Of a stretch of 64,000 nt of DNA, positions 57,281 through 64,000 are shown one piece after another; position 1 is the stretch's first letter; each line of letters begins with the position of its first letter. The notes below the pieces were generated by a model. That model saw only the letters and a list, made by a program, of their open reading frames with translations, was not told the DNA's origin and did no database searches. This DNA comes from an uncultured Gammaproteobacteria bacterium (GTDB taxonomy: Bacteria > Patescibacteriota > Microgenomatia > Levybacterales > GWA1-39-11). The stretch covers positions 162,898 through 226,897 of the forward strand of contig CAYRKM010000002.1 of the NCBI GenBank assembly GCA_964425075.1. The letters are read 5' to 3'. The translations under genes were made by a program, and so were the position numbers.

Positions 57281-58534
57281 ATGAAAGTTGCGGATGTCAT
57301 GTCAAAGCAGGTTGACCACGTTTCGCCAGAAACAAAAGTCAAAGAAGTTTGTAGACTCATTTTTGGTGCTGGTATAAATGGCGTTCCCGTTCAGGAAAAG
57401 AAAAAGGTTGTTGGATTTATAACCGAAAAAGATATTCTCGCACTCTTTTTTCCCACAATTTCCGACTATATTCAAGACCCCTTTCGAGCAAGTGATTTTG
57501 AGGCAATGGAATTGAATGTGAATGACATTCTTAACCTTCCAGTTAAAAGAGTCATGAGCAAAGAGCCTACAACTATTAATGCCGCAACTCCAGTTTTACG
57601 CGCCCAATCTTTAATGATGGTAAAAAAAGTTGGGAGACTTCCAGTTGTCGACGATGATAATAATATCGTTGGAATTATTTCTAGAGGCGATATTTTCAGG
57701 GCTGTTGTTGGAGACAAATTACCATTCACCTCAGAAGAAGAATATCATGATTGGCTTTCAAAGCATTACGACTTAGTGGTTGATTGGAATAGACGGCTTG
57801 GCAACGAAATACCTGATCTAAGAAAGTTATTTCATAAACACAATATTAAAAAGGTCTTAGATGTTGGATTTGGAACAGGCGAGCACGACATTGCGCTTGT
57901 AAAAAATGGGTTTAATGTTCTAGGAATTGAAGCAAGTCTGTTAATGACAAAAGCGGCTAATGCTAAGCGTGAAAAACTGCCAGAAGACCTAATTGATAAA
58001 ATCGAGTTTTTAAGAGGCAACTATCCAGAGCTCTTAGCTAATAAAAAAGGCCAATTTGATGCTGCTATATTTATGGGAAATGCTTTGGGACATACTGCCG
58101 AACAATATCAAAAAGTGATTGCATCAACTGCAAGTGCCCTAAAGGCTAAAAATTCAGTGATGGTTTTGCAATTGGTAAATTATCATAAAGTCTTTGCAGT
58201 ACATAACGGATTTGTAGGCATAAATTTCGCAGACGCAAAAAATGGGCCAGAGAAAAAATATGTTTTTATAGAATTTTATGATACTGGAGCAAAACCGGGT
58301 GATATTCTAACACTTAATATGGAAATTATAGATAATGATGGTAAAAAATGGAAACATCGATCGCTTAATTCTTCAAGAGTTACATATATTAACCAAGCAA
58401 TTATTACAAGGCTCCTAAAAAAGAACGGGTTTAATAAAATTTCAATTTATGGAAGCAGATATAAAGATCCTCTATTTGAGCAAAGCCTTGACGAACGTGA
58501 GCATGACTGGATTAACATAATTGCAACTCGATAG
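57281..58534 (+). CDS. CBS-pair domain fused to a class I SAM-dependent methyltransferase
   Basis: Two CBS motifs (GINGVPV..., GRLPVVDDDNNIVGIISRGDI), then motif I VLDVGFGTGEHD. Confidence 0.78.
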   Translation: MKVADVMSKQVDHVSPETKVKEVCRLIFGAGINGVPVQEKKKVVGFITEKDILALFFPTISDYIQDPFRASDFEAMELNVNDILNLPVKRVMSKEPTTINAATPVLRAQSLMMVKKVGRLPVVDDDNNIVGIISRGDIFRAVVGDKLPFTSEEEYHDWLSKHYDLVVDWNRRLGNEIPDLRKLFHKHNIKKVLDVGFGTGEHDIALVKNGFNVLGIEASLLMTKAANAKREKLPEDLIDKIEFLRGNYPELLANKKGQFDAAIFMGNALGHTAEQYQKVIASTASALKAKNSVMVLQLVNYHKVFAVHNGFVGINFADAKNGPEKKYVFIEFYDTGAKPGDILTLNMEIIDNDGKKWKHRSLNSSRVTYINQAIITRLLKKNGFNKISIYGSRYKDPLFEQSLDEREHDWINIIATR

Positions 58535-58553
58535 AAACTCTTTTTCTTTCCCC

Positions 58554-58582
58554 TTGACTCGAAGCGTAAATTTTTCTAGTAT
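58554..58582 (+). promoter_or_regulatory. promoter TTGACT-N17-TAGTAT upstream of the first dockerin gene
   Basis: cccCTTGACTcgaagcgtaaatttttcTAGTAT. Confidence 0.35.
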
Positions 58583-58597
58583 GGATATATACCGTTT

Positions 58598-59809
58598 GTG
58601 CGGCTATTGTTAATGGATTCGATTAAGAAGCTTTATTCAACTCTATTTCAGCATTCTTTAAAAAGAACTATATATGTCATAGGTGGTCTTATCGTCGCCC
58701 TTTCCCTTCCTATTACTATTATCCTCACTCAACAACAGCAAGATCTTCGACAAAGAGCTACTTTTAATAACTATCCTTATACTGGCGGAGAAGGCGGAAT
58801 CACGGATAGGAGCTGTTTGTGGCAATCAGAAAGAGCAAATAGTTGTTCCTGCACTTCAAACAGCCAATGTTTAAGCAAAAATTGCACATTTAACAAATGC
58901 CAACCAAATCCTACAGCAACCCTAACACCTACGACTCCCCCTTCATCAACATTAACACCAACACCTACACGCACACCTACAAACAGCCCTAGCCCAACTG
59001 GAACAGCAAGTTGTAGTTCTTTCACCAACAAACCTGCTTCATGTACTTGTTATCTTGATTATCAATGTGCGTCAGGCAAATGTAATAAAACCAGTACTTA
59101 TTCAGGAACTTGTTCTGGACCAAGCATATCTCCCTCTCCCTCACCGTCTACGAGTTGTGGACTAACTAATCGCTCAGCAGGATGTGCTTGTGAGCAATCC
59201 ACACAATGCCAATCTGGGTTAACCTGCACCAACAATTCCTGTAGTGGTGCAAATCCTCTATCCCCAACACCCACGAATGGAGCAAATGAAACAAGAATAC
59301 TTTTGTCAGTATCCCTTCCTGGAATAAGCAACAGAACTGGAAGTGCTGCAGCTTCACCCAAAAGAATTGCTCGAGAAACCAAAGTAGAAATCTACAACTC
59401 CTCTAACCAGAAGGTAAGTGACAAAACCGGAAATCTTATCTATGACACAGCCTCAAAATTATACAAAGGCACAATAAGCTTAGGAGATGGATTTACGACT
59501 GGACAATATATTGTAAAAGTAAGAATGGATAATTCATTGTGGAGAAGAGTTCCGGGGATTGTTACAATTACTGCAAATACTGATAATAATCCAACACAAC
59601 AAATTCAACTTGTTACAGGTGACCTTGACCAAAACAACAGCTTAACAGTCATTGACTATACAAATTTCGTAAAGTGCTTTAAGGATGAATCAACCTGTAC
59701 TAGCGCGATGAAGATTCTAGCTGATTTGGATGATGATGGAACTGCCAAAGACGATTTGGATGACTTAACTATTTTACAAAAAGGATTTGCAGTAAGAGAC
59801 GGAGATTAG
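58598..59809 (+). CDS. secreted/anchored Cys-rich protein with C-terminal dockerin-like module (cassette 1, large subunit)
   Basis: TM helix, then QQQQDLRQRA; three CxCx(4-5)QCxSGxC knots; TP/SP linkers; about 100-aa beta domain; C-terminus GDLDQNNSLTVIDYTNFVKCF...DLDDDGTAKDDLDDLTILQKGF (two EF-hand/dockerin Ca-loops). The track start is GTG; ATG at 58613. Confidence 0.6.
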   Translation: MRLLLMDSIKKLYSTLFQHSLKRTIYVIGGLIVALSLPITIILTQQQQDLRQRATFNNYPYTGGEGGITDRSCLWQSERANSCSCTSNSQCLSKNCTFNKCQPNPTATLTPTTPPSSTLTPTPTRTPTNSPSPTGTASCSSFTNKPASCTCYLDYQCASGKCNKTSTYSGTCSGPSISPSPSPSTSCGLTNRSAGCACEQSTQCQSGLTCTNNSCSGANPLSPTPTNGANETRILLSVSLPGISNRTGSAAASPKRIARETKVEIYNSSNQKVSDKTGNLIYDTASKLYKGTISLGDGFTTGQYIVKVRMDNSLWRRVPGIVTITANTDNNPTQQIQLVTGDLDQNNSLTVIDYTNFVKCFKDESTCTSAMKILADLDDDGTAKDDLDDLTILQKGFAVRDGD

Positions 59810-59884
59810 ACAAGAAACTATTATGGTTATAATAGAGAGATTGACAAGAAAAATAATATACTTAATACTTAATTCCTAACTTTT

Positions 59885-60523
59885 ATGAACCTGCCTAGAA
59901 AAACAACAATACTTATAATCATACTCGCGGTTGTTACAGCCCTCTTGATATTTCTTGCCGTAACTAGTGAAACTACTCAGCAGATGCTAATTACCGATGA
60001 GCCACAACCCACTATCCCCACAGAAACAGTTGTTGAACCCTACGCTACTTTTAGCTTTTCCTCCCCTATTATTGATATAGTAAACACTCCAAGCGCAACC
60101 CAGTCGGTAGATATTGTGCTTGATACTGCAGGAAAGGGAGTTTTTGGAGCTCAAGTTGAGCTTCAATACGACCCTGCTCTTTTATTTAATGTGTCAATTA
60201 AACAACCCGCTCAGAACGCTCTGTTTGGAAATAATACTTCAGTGCTAATTAATGAAGTAAATTCCTCCCAGGGAAGAATTTCGTATGCAATAGCACTTAA
60301 CCCAAATGAAGATGAAAAAATTGGACGAGGTACAATTGCAACACTTACCTTTACGCCAAATAGGAACAGTACTACTCCAAGTACAACCGTTTCATTTCTA
60401 CCAAAGTCAGCTGTAACAACGATTGCGGGCAGCGGATCCGTTTTGAAAAACTCTACCCCACTCACAGTTATACTATCTACTCCTATTTCTCCAACGCCCA
60501 CACTGCAGCCCCCAGGTTTGTAA
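59885..60523 (+). CDS. membrane-anchored cohesin-like domain protein (cassette 1, small subunit)
   Basis: N-terminal TM; SVDIVLDTAGKGVFGAQVELQYDPALLFNVSIK...GRGTIATLTFTPN matches the cohesin beta-sandwich pattern (x-L-x-YDP-x-L). Confidence 0.6.
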   Translation: MNLPRKTTILIIILAVVTALLIFLAVTSETTQQMLITDEPQPTIPTETVVEPYATFSFSSPIIDIVNTPSATQSVDIVLDTAGKGVFGAQVELQYDPALLFNVSIKQPAQNALFGNNTSVLINEVNSSQGRISYAIALNPNEDEKIGRGTIATLTFTPNRNSTTPSTTVSFLPKSAVTTIAGSGSVLKNSTPLTVILSTPISPTPTLQPPGL

Positions 60524-60538
60524 CTTGTTTGTTGACAT

Positions 60539-62467
60539 TTGTGCTCATTTAAACCTAATATTAGAGAAAGGTTTAATTCTCTAATGAAGAAATTATTAAG
60601 AAAAATTCATCGTTATTTCTCTAAATCCAGTCTCCGGGTTATTTCTCTTCTTGGCATTACTTTTGCACTGGTTGTAACAGCTACTCTTGCCCAACAGCAA
60701 CAAGATATACGACAACGCGCAGCAGGGGATCCTGGCGGCACAGGAGATACTAAAATAAACGGCTATTACGGAAACTCAAATAATCCCGCTGTATGTTCAC
60801 CAGAAAATGGAACATCACGTACATTTGTTCACCGTTATGCCGGGTCAACCTTCGGACCCAAACTTTTTGAATGCCCATTTCAGTCAGCATGCAAACAAAT
60901 AGACGCAGATACAATTCAATGCGCAGCAACCTACGGGACAGATATAAAGTGCGGCAATTCAGTTTGTGATGCCAGCAAGCAAACTTGTGTTCTAAATCAT
61001 TTTGATAATTCGGCGGTCTGCGTTACAAAAGGAAGCGGACCGGATGGCGCTGACTGTGATAACCCCAATGGAACTCCAAATTCTGAAGTATGCAAATCCG
61101 GTATGTGTGGGGCTGATTTGAAATGTGCTTCTTCTGCAGTGGTCACTCCATCACCTAGCTCGGGCGGTTCTAGTAGCTGTATACCAACAGGCACTGTTCC
61201 TTGTGGAAATGCTTGCCAATATTGTGATGCCGGTTGGACTTGCGGGACAGACAAACAGTGTTATCCTCCAAACACAGGCGGCAGCACAGGAGGAACAGCT
61301 ATATGTACCGGTAGTGATTTTGCCTGCAATGGAAAATGTTACAGCTGTTCAAATGGAGGAAAATGCACTAATAATAATGCTTTCTGTAATTGCCCTACGG
61401 GTTTTGTGGATGGTGGTAGTAATGTCTGTTGTCCAACAAATGCTCCTAAATATTGTTCTGATGGATATTGCAGGGCAGATTGTAACCCGCCTACAACCAC
61501 TCCTGACCCTCGACCTTCTACTTTTACACTCACAACCCCCAATATGGACTGCAACAGCGCTTATCTTTCATGGGGAACTTCCACAGGCGCAACTAGTTAC
61601 TCAATAGAAACCTATATAGACCCTTCCCAAGCACCAATTGCCTCACTTTCAAAAAGCAATTTACCGCTAAACCCAACGACTTATAAGGTGACAGGCCTTG
61701 CTCCAAGCACTATTTATTATTTCGGGATTGTTGCAAATGGAACAGGAACACTAAAAAGAACGCTTGTTGTAAATGGTATAACAACTGCAACTTGTCCGAC
61801 AGCAGGTGGAGGAACCACGTCTACCGCAAAAAAAACACCTACAGCCTCAACTAGTAACACTGTCACCACACCGGTTCCACCCAAAACCGCTTCTCCTACA
61901 ATTACTACCACTATTACATCCTCTCCTGCGATAACGGGTTCTAATTCCACCGCAAATATTTCCCTTATCCTCACTCTCCCTGGCATTGGTTCGTCTTCAG
62001 ACAGCAAGAATTCCAATCCAGCAAGAAGTACAAGAACCGTTAATGTTGGATTAGTAAATTCAAATGGCGCAATTACTTCGTCCCAAGGGGATGTGAGTTT
62101 TGATAGTTCTTCAAATTCTTTTAAAGGAACTGTCAATGTGCCAAATCTAGCTTCCGGTACGTACACTGTAAAGGTACGGCTTGATAATACATTGTGGAAA
62201 AATCTCAGCAGCTCTATAACAATTGTAAGCGGTTCAAATAACCCAACAACAAGCACTGTACGGTTGGTTTCAGGTGACCTTGACCAAAACAATAGCCTAA
62301 CTATTGCTGATTACACAAATTTTGTAAAATGTTATAAGTCCCTTGCAACATGCACTGATACACTTCATACATTGTCTGACCTTGATGACGATGGGGTTGT
62401 AAAAGACGACTTGGATGATTTAACAATTTTGCAACAAGGATTTAATACACAACAACAGGGAGACTAA
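60539..62467 (+). CDS. secreted/anchored Cys-rich, FN3-containing protein with C-terminal dockerin-like module (cassette 2, large subunit)
   Basis: TM helix, then QQQQDIRQRAAG; EGF-like Cys-rich region; FN3-like YLSWGTSTGATSYSIETY...YYFGIVANG; TA/TP linker; C-terminus GDLDQNNSLTIADYTNFVKCY...DLDDDGVVKDDLDDLTILQQGF. Confidence 0.6.
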   Translation: MCSFKPNIRERFNSLMKKLLRKIHRYFSKSSLRVISLLGITFALVVTATLAQQQQDIRQRAAGDPGGTGDTKINGYYGNSNNPAVCSPENGTSRTFVHRYAGSTFGPKLFECPFQSACKQIDADTIQCAATYGTDIKCGNSVCDASKQTCVLNHFDNSAVCVTKGSGPDGADCDNPNGTPNSEVCKSGMCGADLKCASSAVVTPSPSSGGSSSCIPTGTVPCGNACQYCDAGWTCGTDKQCYPPNTGGSTGGTAICTGSDFACNGKCYSCSNGGKCTNNNAFCNCPTGFVDGGSNVCCPTNAPKYCSDGYCRADCNPPTTTPDPRPSTFTLTTPNMDCNSAYLSWGTSTGATSYSIETYIDPSQAPIASLSKSNLPLNPTTYKVTGLAPSTIYYFGIVANGTGTLKRTLVVNGITTATCPTAGGGTTSTAKKTPTASTSNTVTTPVPPKTASPTITTTITSSPAITGSNSTANISLILTLPGIGSSSDSKNSNPARSTRTVNVGLVNSNGAITSSQGDVSFDSSSNSFKGTVNVPNLASGTYTVKVRLDNTLWKNLSSSITIVSGSNNPTTSTVRLVSGDLDQNNSLTIADYTNFVKCYKSLATCTDTLHTLSDLDDDGVVKDDLDDLTILQQGFNTQQQGD

Positions 62468-62469
62468 AA

Positions 62470-62504
62470 TAGTTAGTAGTTTGTAGAAGGTAGTTGGTAG
62501 AAAG
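62470..62504. repeat. TAG-rich repeat upstream of the second cohesin gene
   Basis: tagttagtagtttgtagaaggtagttggtagaaag. Confidence 0.45.
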
Positions 62505-62519
62505 AAATATGAACAAAAT

Positions 62520-63086
62520 ATGAATCAAAGAAAAATATTATTTCCAGCAATTATTATCGTTTTGGCCTTAATAACAGTGGCTCTTATAATCTCTGCTGTT
62601 ACTACGCCTACTAAGAATAAGGCAGGTCTCAATCCCACACCTGCTACAAAACCTTATGCCTCTCTTTCATTTTCACCTGAAAAACTTTCCCCTACAGATA
62701 CAGCTTCACAAACCGCAGACATTGTAATTGACACTAATGGTAAAGGTGTTTTTGGTGCGCAAATTGAACTTCAGTATGACCCCAACATTATTTCCAATCT
62801 CACCATAGATTTGCCTGAGAACTCTTTTTTTGGTAAAAGTAGTACTGAGCTTATAAAGCATGTCTCTCAAGAAGAAGGGCGCGCAACTTTTGCAGTTGGA
62901 GTTGGGCCAAATGACGAAGAAAAAAAAGGACGAGGAACAATTGCAACTATAAAGTTTCAAATAAACCCCTCCTCTGAGAATAAAACTGAGATTACCATTC
63001 TACCGATTTCCTCAATAAATAACTTGGTAGATGAGGGCTCAGTCTTGCTTAATTCAACCACCCTACCAATAACATTTGCTCGCTAG
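62520..63086 (+). CDS. membrane-anchored cohesin-like domain protein (cassette 2, small subunit)
   Basis: N-terminal TM; TADIVIDTNGKGVFGAQIELQYDPNIISNLTID...GRGTIATIKFQIN; paralog of 59885..60523. Confidence 0.6.
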   Translation: MNQRKILFPAIIIVLALITVALIISAVTTPTKNKAGLNPTPATKPYASLSFSPEKLSPTDTASQTADIVIDTNGKGVFGAQIELQYDPNIISNLTIDLPENSFFGKSSTELIKHVSQEEGRATFAVGVGPNDEEKKGRGTIATIKFQINPSSENKTEITILPISSINNLVDEGSVLLNSTTLPITFAR

Positions 63087-63089
63087 CTA

Positions 63090-63476
63090 TTGATTTTTTC
63101 ATCATTCCTCGCTCATAATGATTACATGGCTGACCTACCTTCTTCTTCCTTCCAAGGACCACTTGCTCCCAAAATGGGCCTAGGTGATTCCTTTAAGAGT
63201 CCACTCCATGAAAATCAACAGAACTCACCGCCTCCAAAATCCAGTGGAAGAAATCTGGGACGACTCATACCATATGGGGCAATTGCTGTAGCGCTTCTCG
63301 TCCTTCCTTTAACCATAAGTCAATTAAATCAGCAGCAAGATATACGACAACGGGCATCAGAGCCTATTCCAACTATTATTCTTCCTACGGAAACCCCACC
63401 AAGTACTCCTTCACCTACTGAAGAGGTTGCAAGCCCCTCAGCCACACCTGAGGAGCCAGCAGCAGATATTTTTTAG
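63090..63476 (+). CDS. short paralog carrying only the TM plus QQQDIRQRA N-terminal module and a TP-rich tail (possible truncated family member)
   Basis: LIPYGAIAVALLVLPLTISQLNQQQDIRQRASEP then PTETPPSTPSPTEE; TTG start in the track, internal ATG available. Confidence 0.4.
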   Translation: MIFSSFLAHNDYMADLPSSSFQGPLAPKMGLGDSFKSPLHENQQNSPPPKSSGRNLGRLIPYGAIAVALLVLPLTISQLNQQQDIRQRASEPIPTIILPTETPPSTPSPTEEVASPSATPEEPAADIF

Positions 63477-63487
63477 TTTTTTGAGGG

Positions 63488-63652
63488 TTAAATAATTTTT
63501 CTCCTAGATTTTAATTTGCTCCTTCTATATGACCTCATACCCTCCTCAAAAAAGTACTTGCCCAAAATTTCAGCCGGCGGCTTAAGGATTGCAAAAGTTA
63601 CTTTTGTGCCGGTTTTAATTTCCCTTATTGCAGGCTTTTGTAATCGTTCCAT
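63488..63652 (-). CDS. small basic hypothetical protein (54 aa)
   Basis: MERLQKPAIREIKTGTKVTFAILKPPAEILGKYFFEEGMRSYRRSKLKSRRKII; below the ORF-track size cutoff. Confidence 0.3.
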   Translation of the reverse strand: MERLQKPAIREIKTGTKVTFAILKPPAEILGKYFFEEGMRSYRRSKLKSRRKII

Positions 63653-63789
63653 AGAAAAATTCTAATTTTTAGAACAGACTCTAGCTTGAGAAAAATATAA
63701 CAACATCCTAACAGTTTTTTATTTAATGCCTTTATTGGCTAATATTTATAGCTTTTTACCTCAAATTTTGATAAACTCTACAGGTAAAT

Positions 63790-63836
63790 GGCGCGGTGGC
63801 GAAGTGAGTTCGACACTCCGCCGAAGCACAAAACAA
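63790..63836 (+). pseudogene. truncated tRNA-like fragment: first 17 nt identical to tRNA-Cys, then a T-arm-like AGTTCGACACTCCGCC
   Basis: GGCGCGGTGGCGAAGTG|AGTTCGACACTCCGCC, lying immediately 5' of the intact tRNA. Confidence 0.45.
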
Positions 63837-63838
63837 AT

Positions 63839-63912
63839 GGCGCGGTGGCGAAGTGGTAACGCGGGGGTCTGCAAAACCTCTATGCGAGGGTTCGATTCCC
63901 TTCCGCGCCTCA
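63839..63912 (+). tRNA. tRNA-Cys (anticodon GCA)
   Basis: Hand-folded cloverleaf: acceptor GGCGCGG/CCGCGCC; D-arm GCGA-AGTGGTAA-CGC; anticodon stem GGGGT/ACCTC with loop CTGCAAA; T-arm GAGGG-TTCGATT-CCCTT; discriminator U73 typical of tRNA-Cys; CCA not encoded. Confidence 0.85.
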
Positions 63913-64000
63913 CAGTTTTACTCCTGCAATCAAACTATCAAAAGTATGGATAAATACGCATATCTGATAGGCAACTTCCTTATTCTTATACCTTTGGCTA

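Noticed and set aside
63726-63953. 75-aa ORF
   Set aside because: It is entirely covered by the tRNA-Cys gene and its tRNA-like fragment.
1-64000. Alternative genetic code (UGA recoding, as in some CPR lineages)
   Set aside because: TGA is used as a stop by conserved genes (for example rseP), and long conserved ORFs are uninterrupted. The standard code fits.
1-64000. CRISPR arrays, rRNA genes, IS elements/transposases, prophage integrase
   Set aside because: I found no regularly spaced direct repeats with unique spacers. The TAG-rich and GCTAA repeats are single or inverted copies. No rRNA-like conserved blocks and no transposase or integrase motifs were recognised in any frame.

Overview
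This window is a gene-dense, low-GC (about 35-38%) stretch of bacterial chromosome with many small proteins. It uses the standard genetic code (TGA terminates conserved genes such as rseP) and looks like a Candidate Phyla Radiation/Patescibacteria-type genome. The lineage call is an inference from gene content and style only.

Most of the window is core housekeeping, on both strands: dnaB (partial), cysS, ctpA, rpsR-ssb-rpsF, htrA, hisS, rpmE-prfA, proS, prs, ybaB, ispH plus an idi-like gene, dnaX, ybeY-rpsU, ychF with a HIT protein, a P-type ATPase, recR-frr-rseP, tsf-rpsB, glyA and tRNA-Cys. I found no rRNA, CRISPR array, transposase or integrase.

Accessory content of note:
- A sortase gene directly downstream of a Cys/Thr-Pro-rich surface protein that ends in a non-canonical tripartite sorting signal.
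- A standalone protein made of three topoisomerase-I-type zinc ribbons.
- A four-helix-bundle (rRNA-IVS-type) gene flanked by inverted TAG-rich repeats.
- A 604-aa HExxH (DUF4157-like) protein.
- Several Pro/Thr/Gly-rich low-complexity proteins.
- Most striking, a tandem duplicated cassette at 58.6-63.5 kb. In each unit a large secreted Cys-rich protein ending in a dockerin-like double Ca-loop module is followed by a small membrane-anchored cohesin-like protein. All large members share a conserved TM helix followed by a Q-rich motif (QQQDIRQRA in two copies, QQQQDLRQRA in the third) at the N-terminus. This looks like a previously undescribed cohesin-dockerin surface-display system sitting next to tRNA-Cys.

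Many genes have a -10 box 6-9 nt upstream of the ATG, which suggests leaderless mRNAs. Two short dispersed repeat families occur in intergenic regions.

Hand-derived coordinates that do not come from the ORF track may be off by 1-3 nt.
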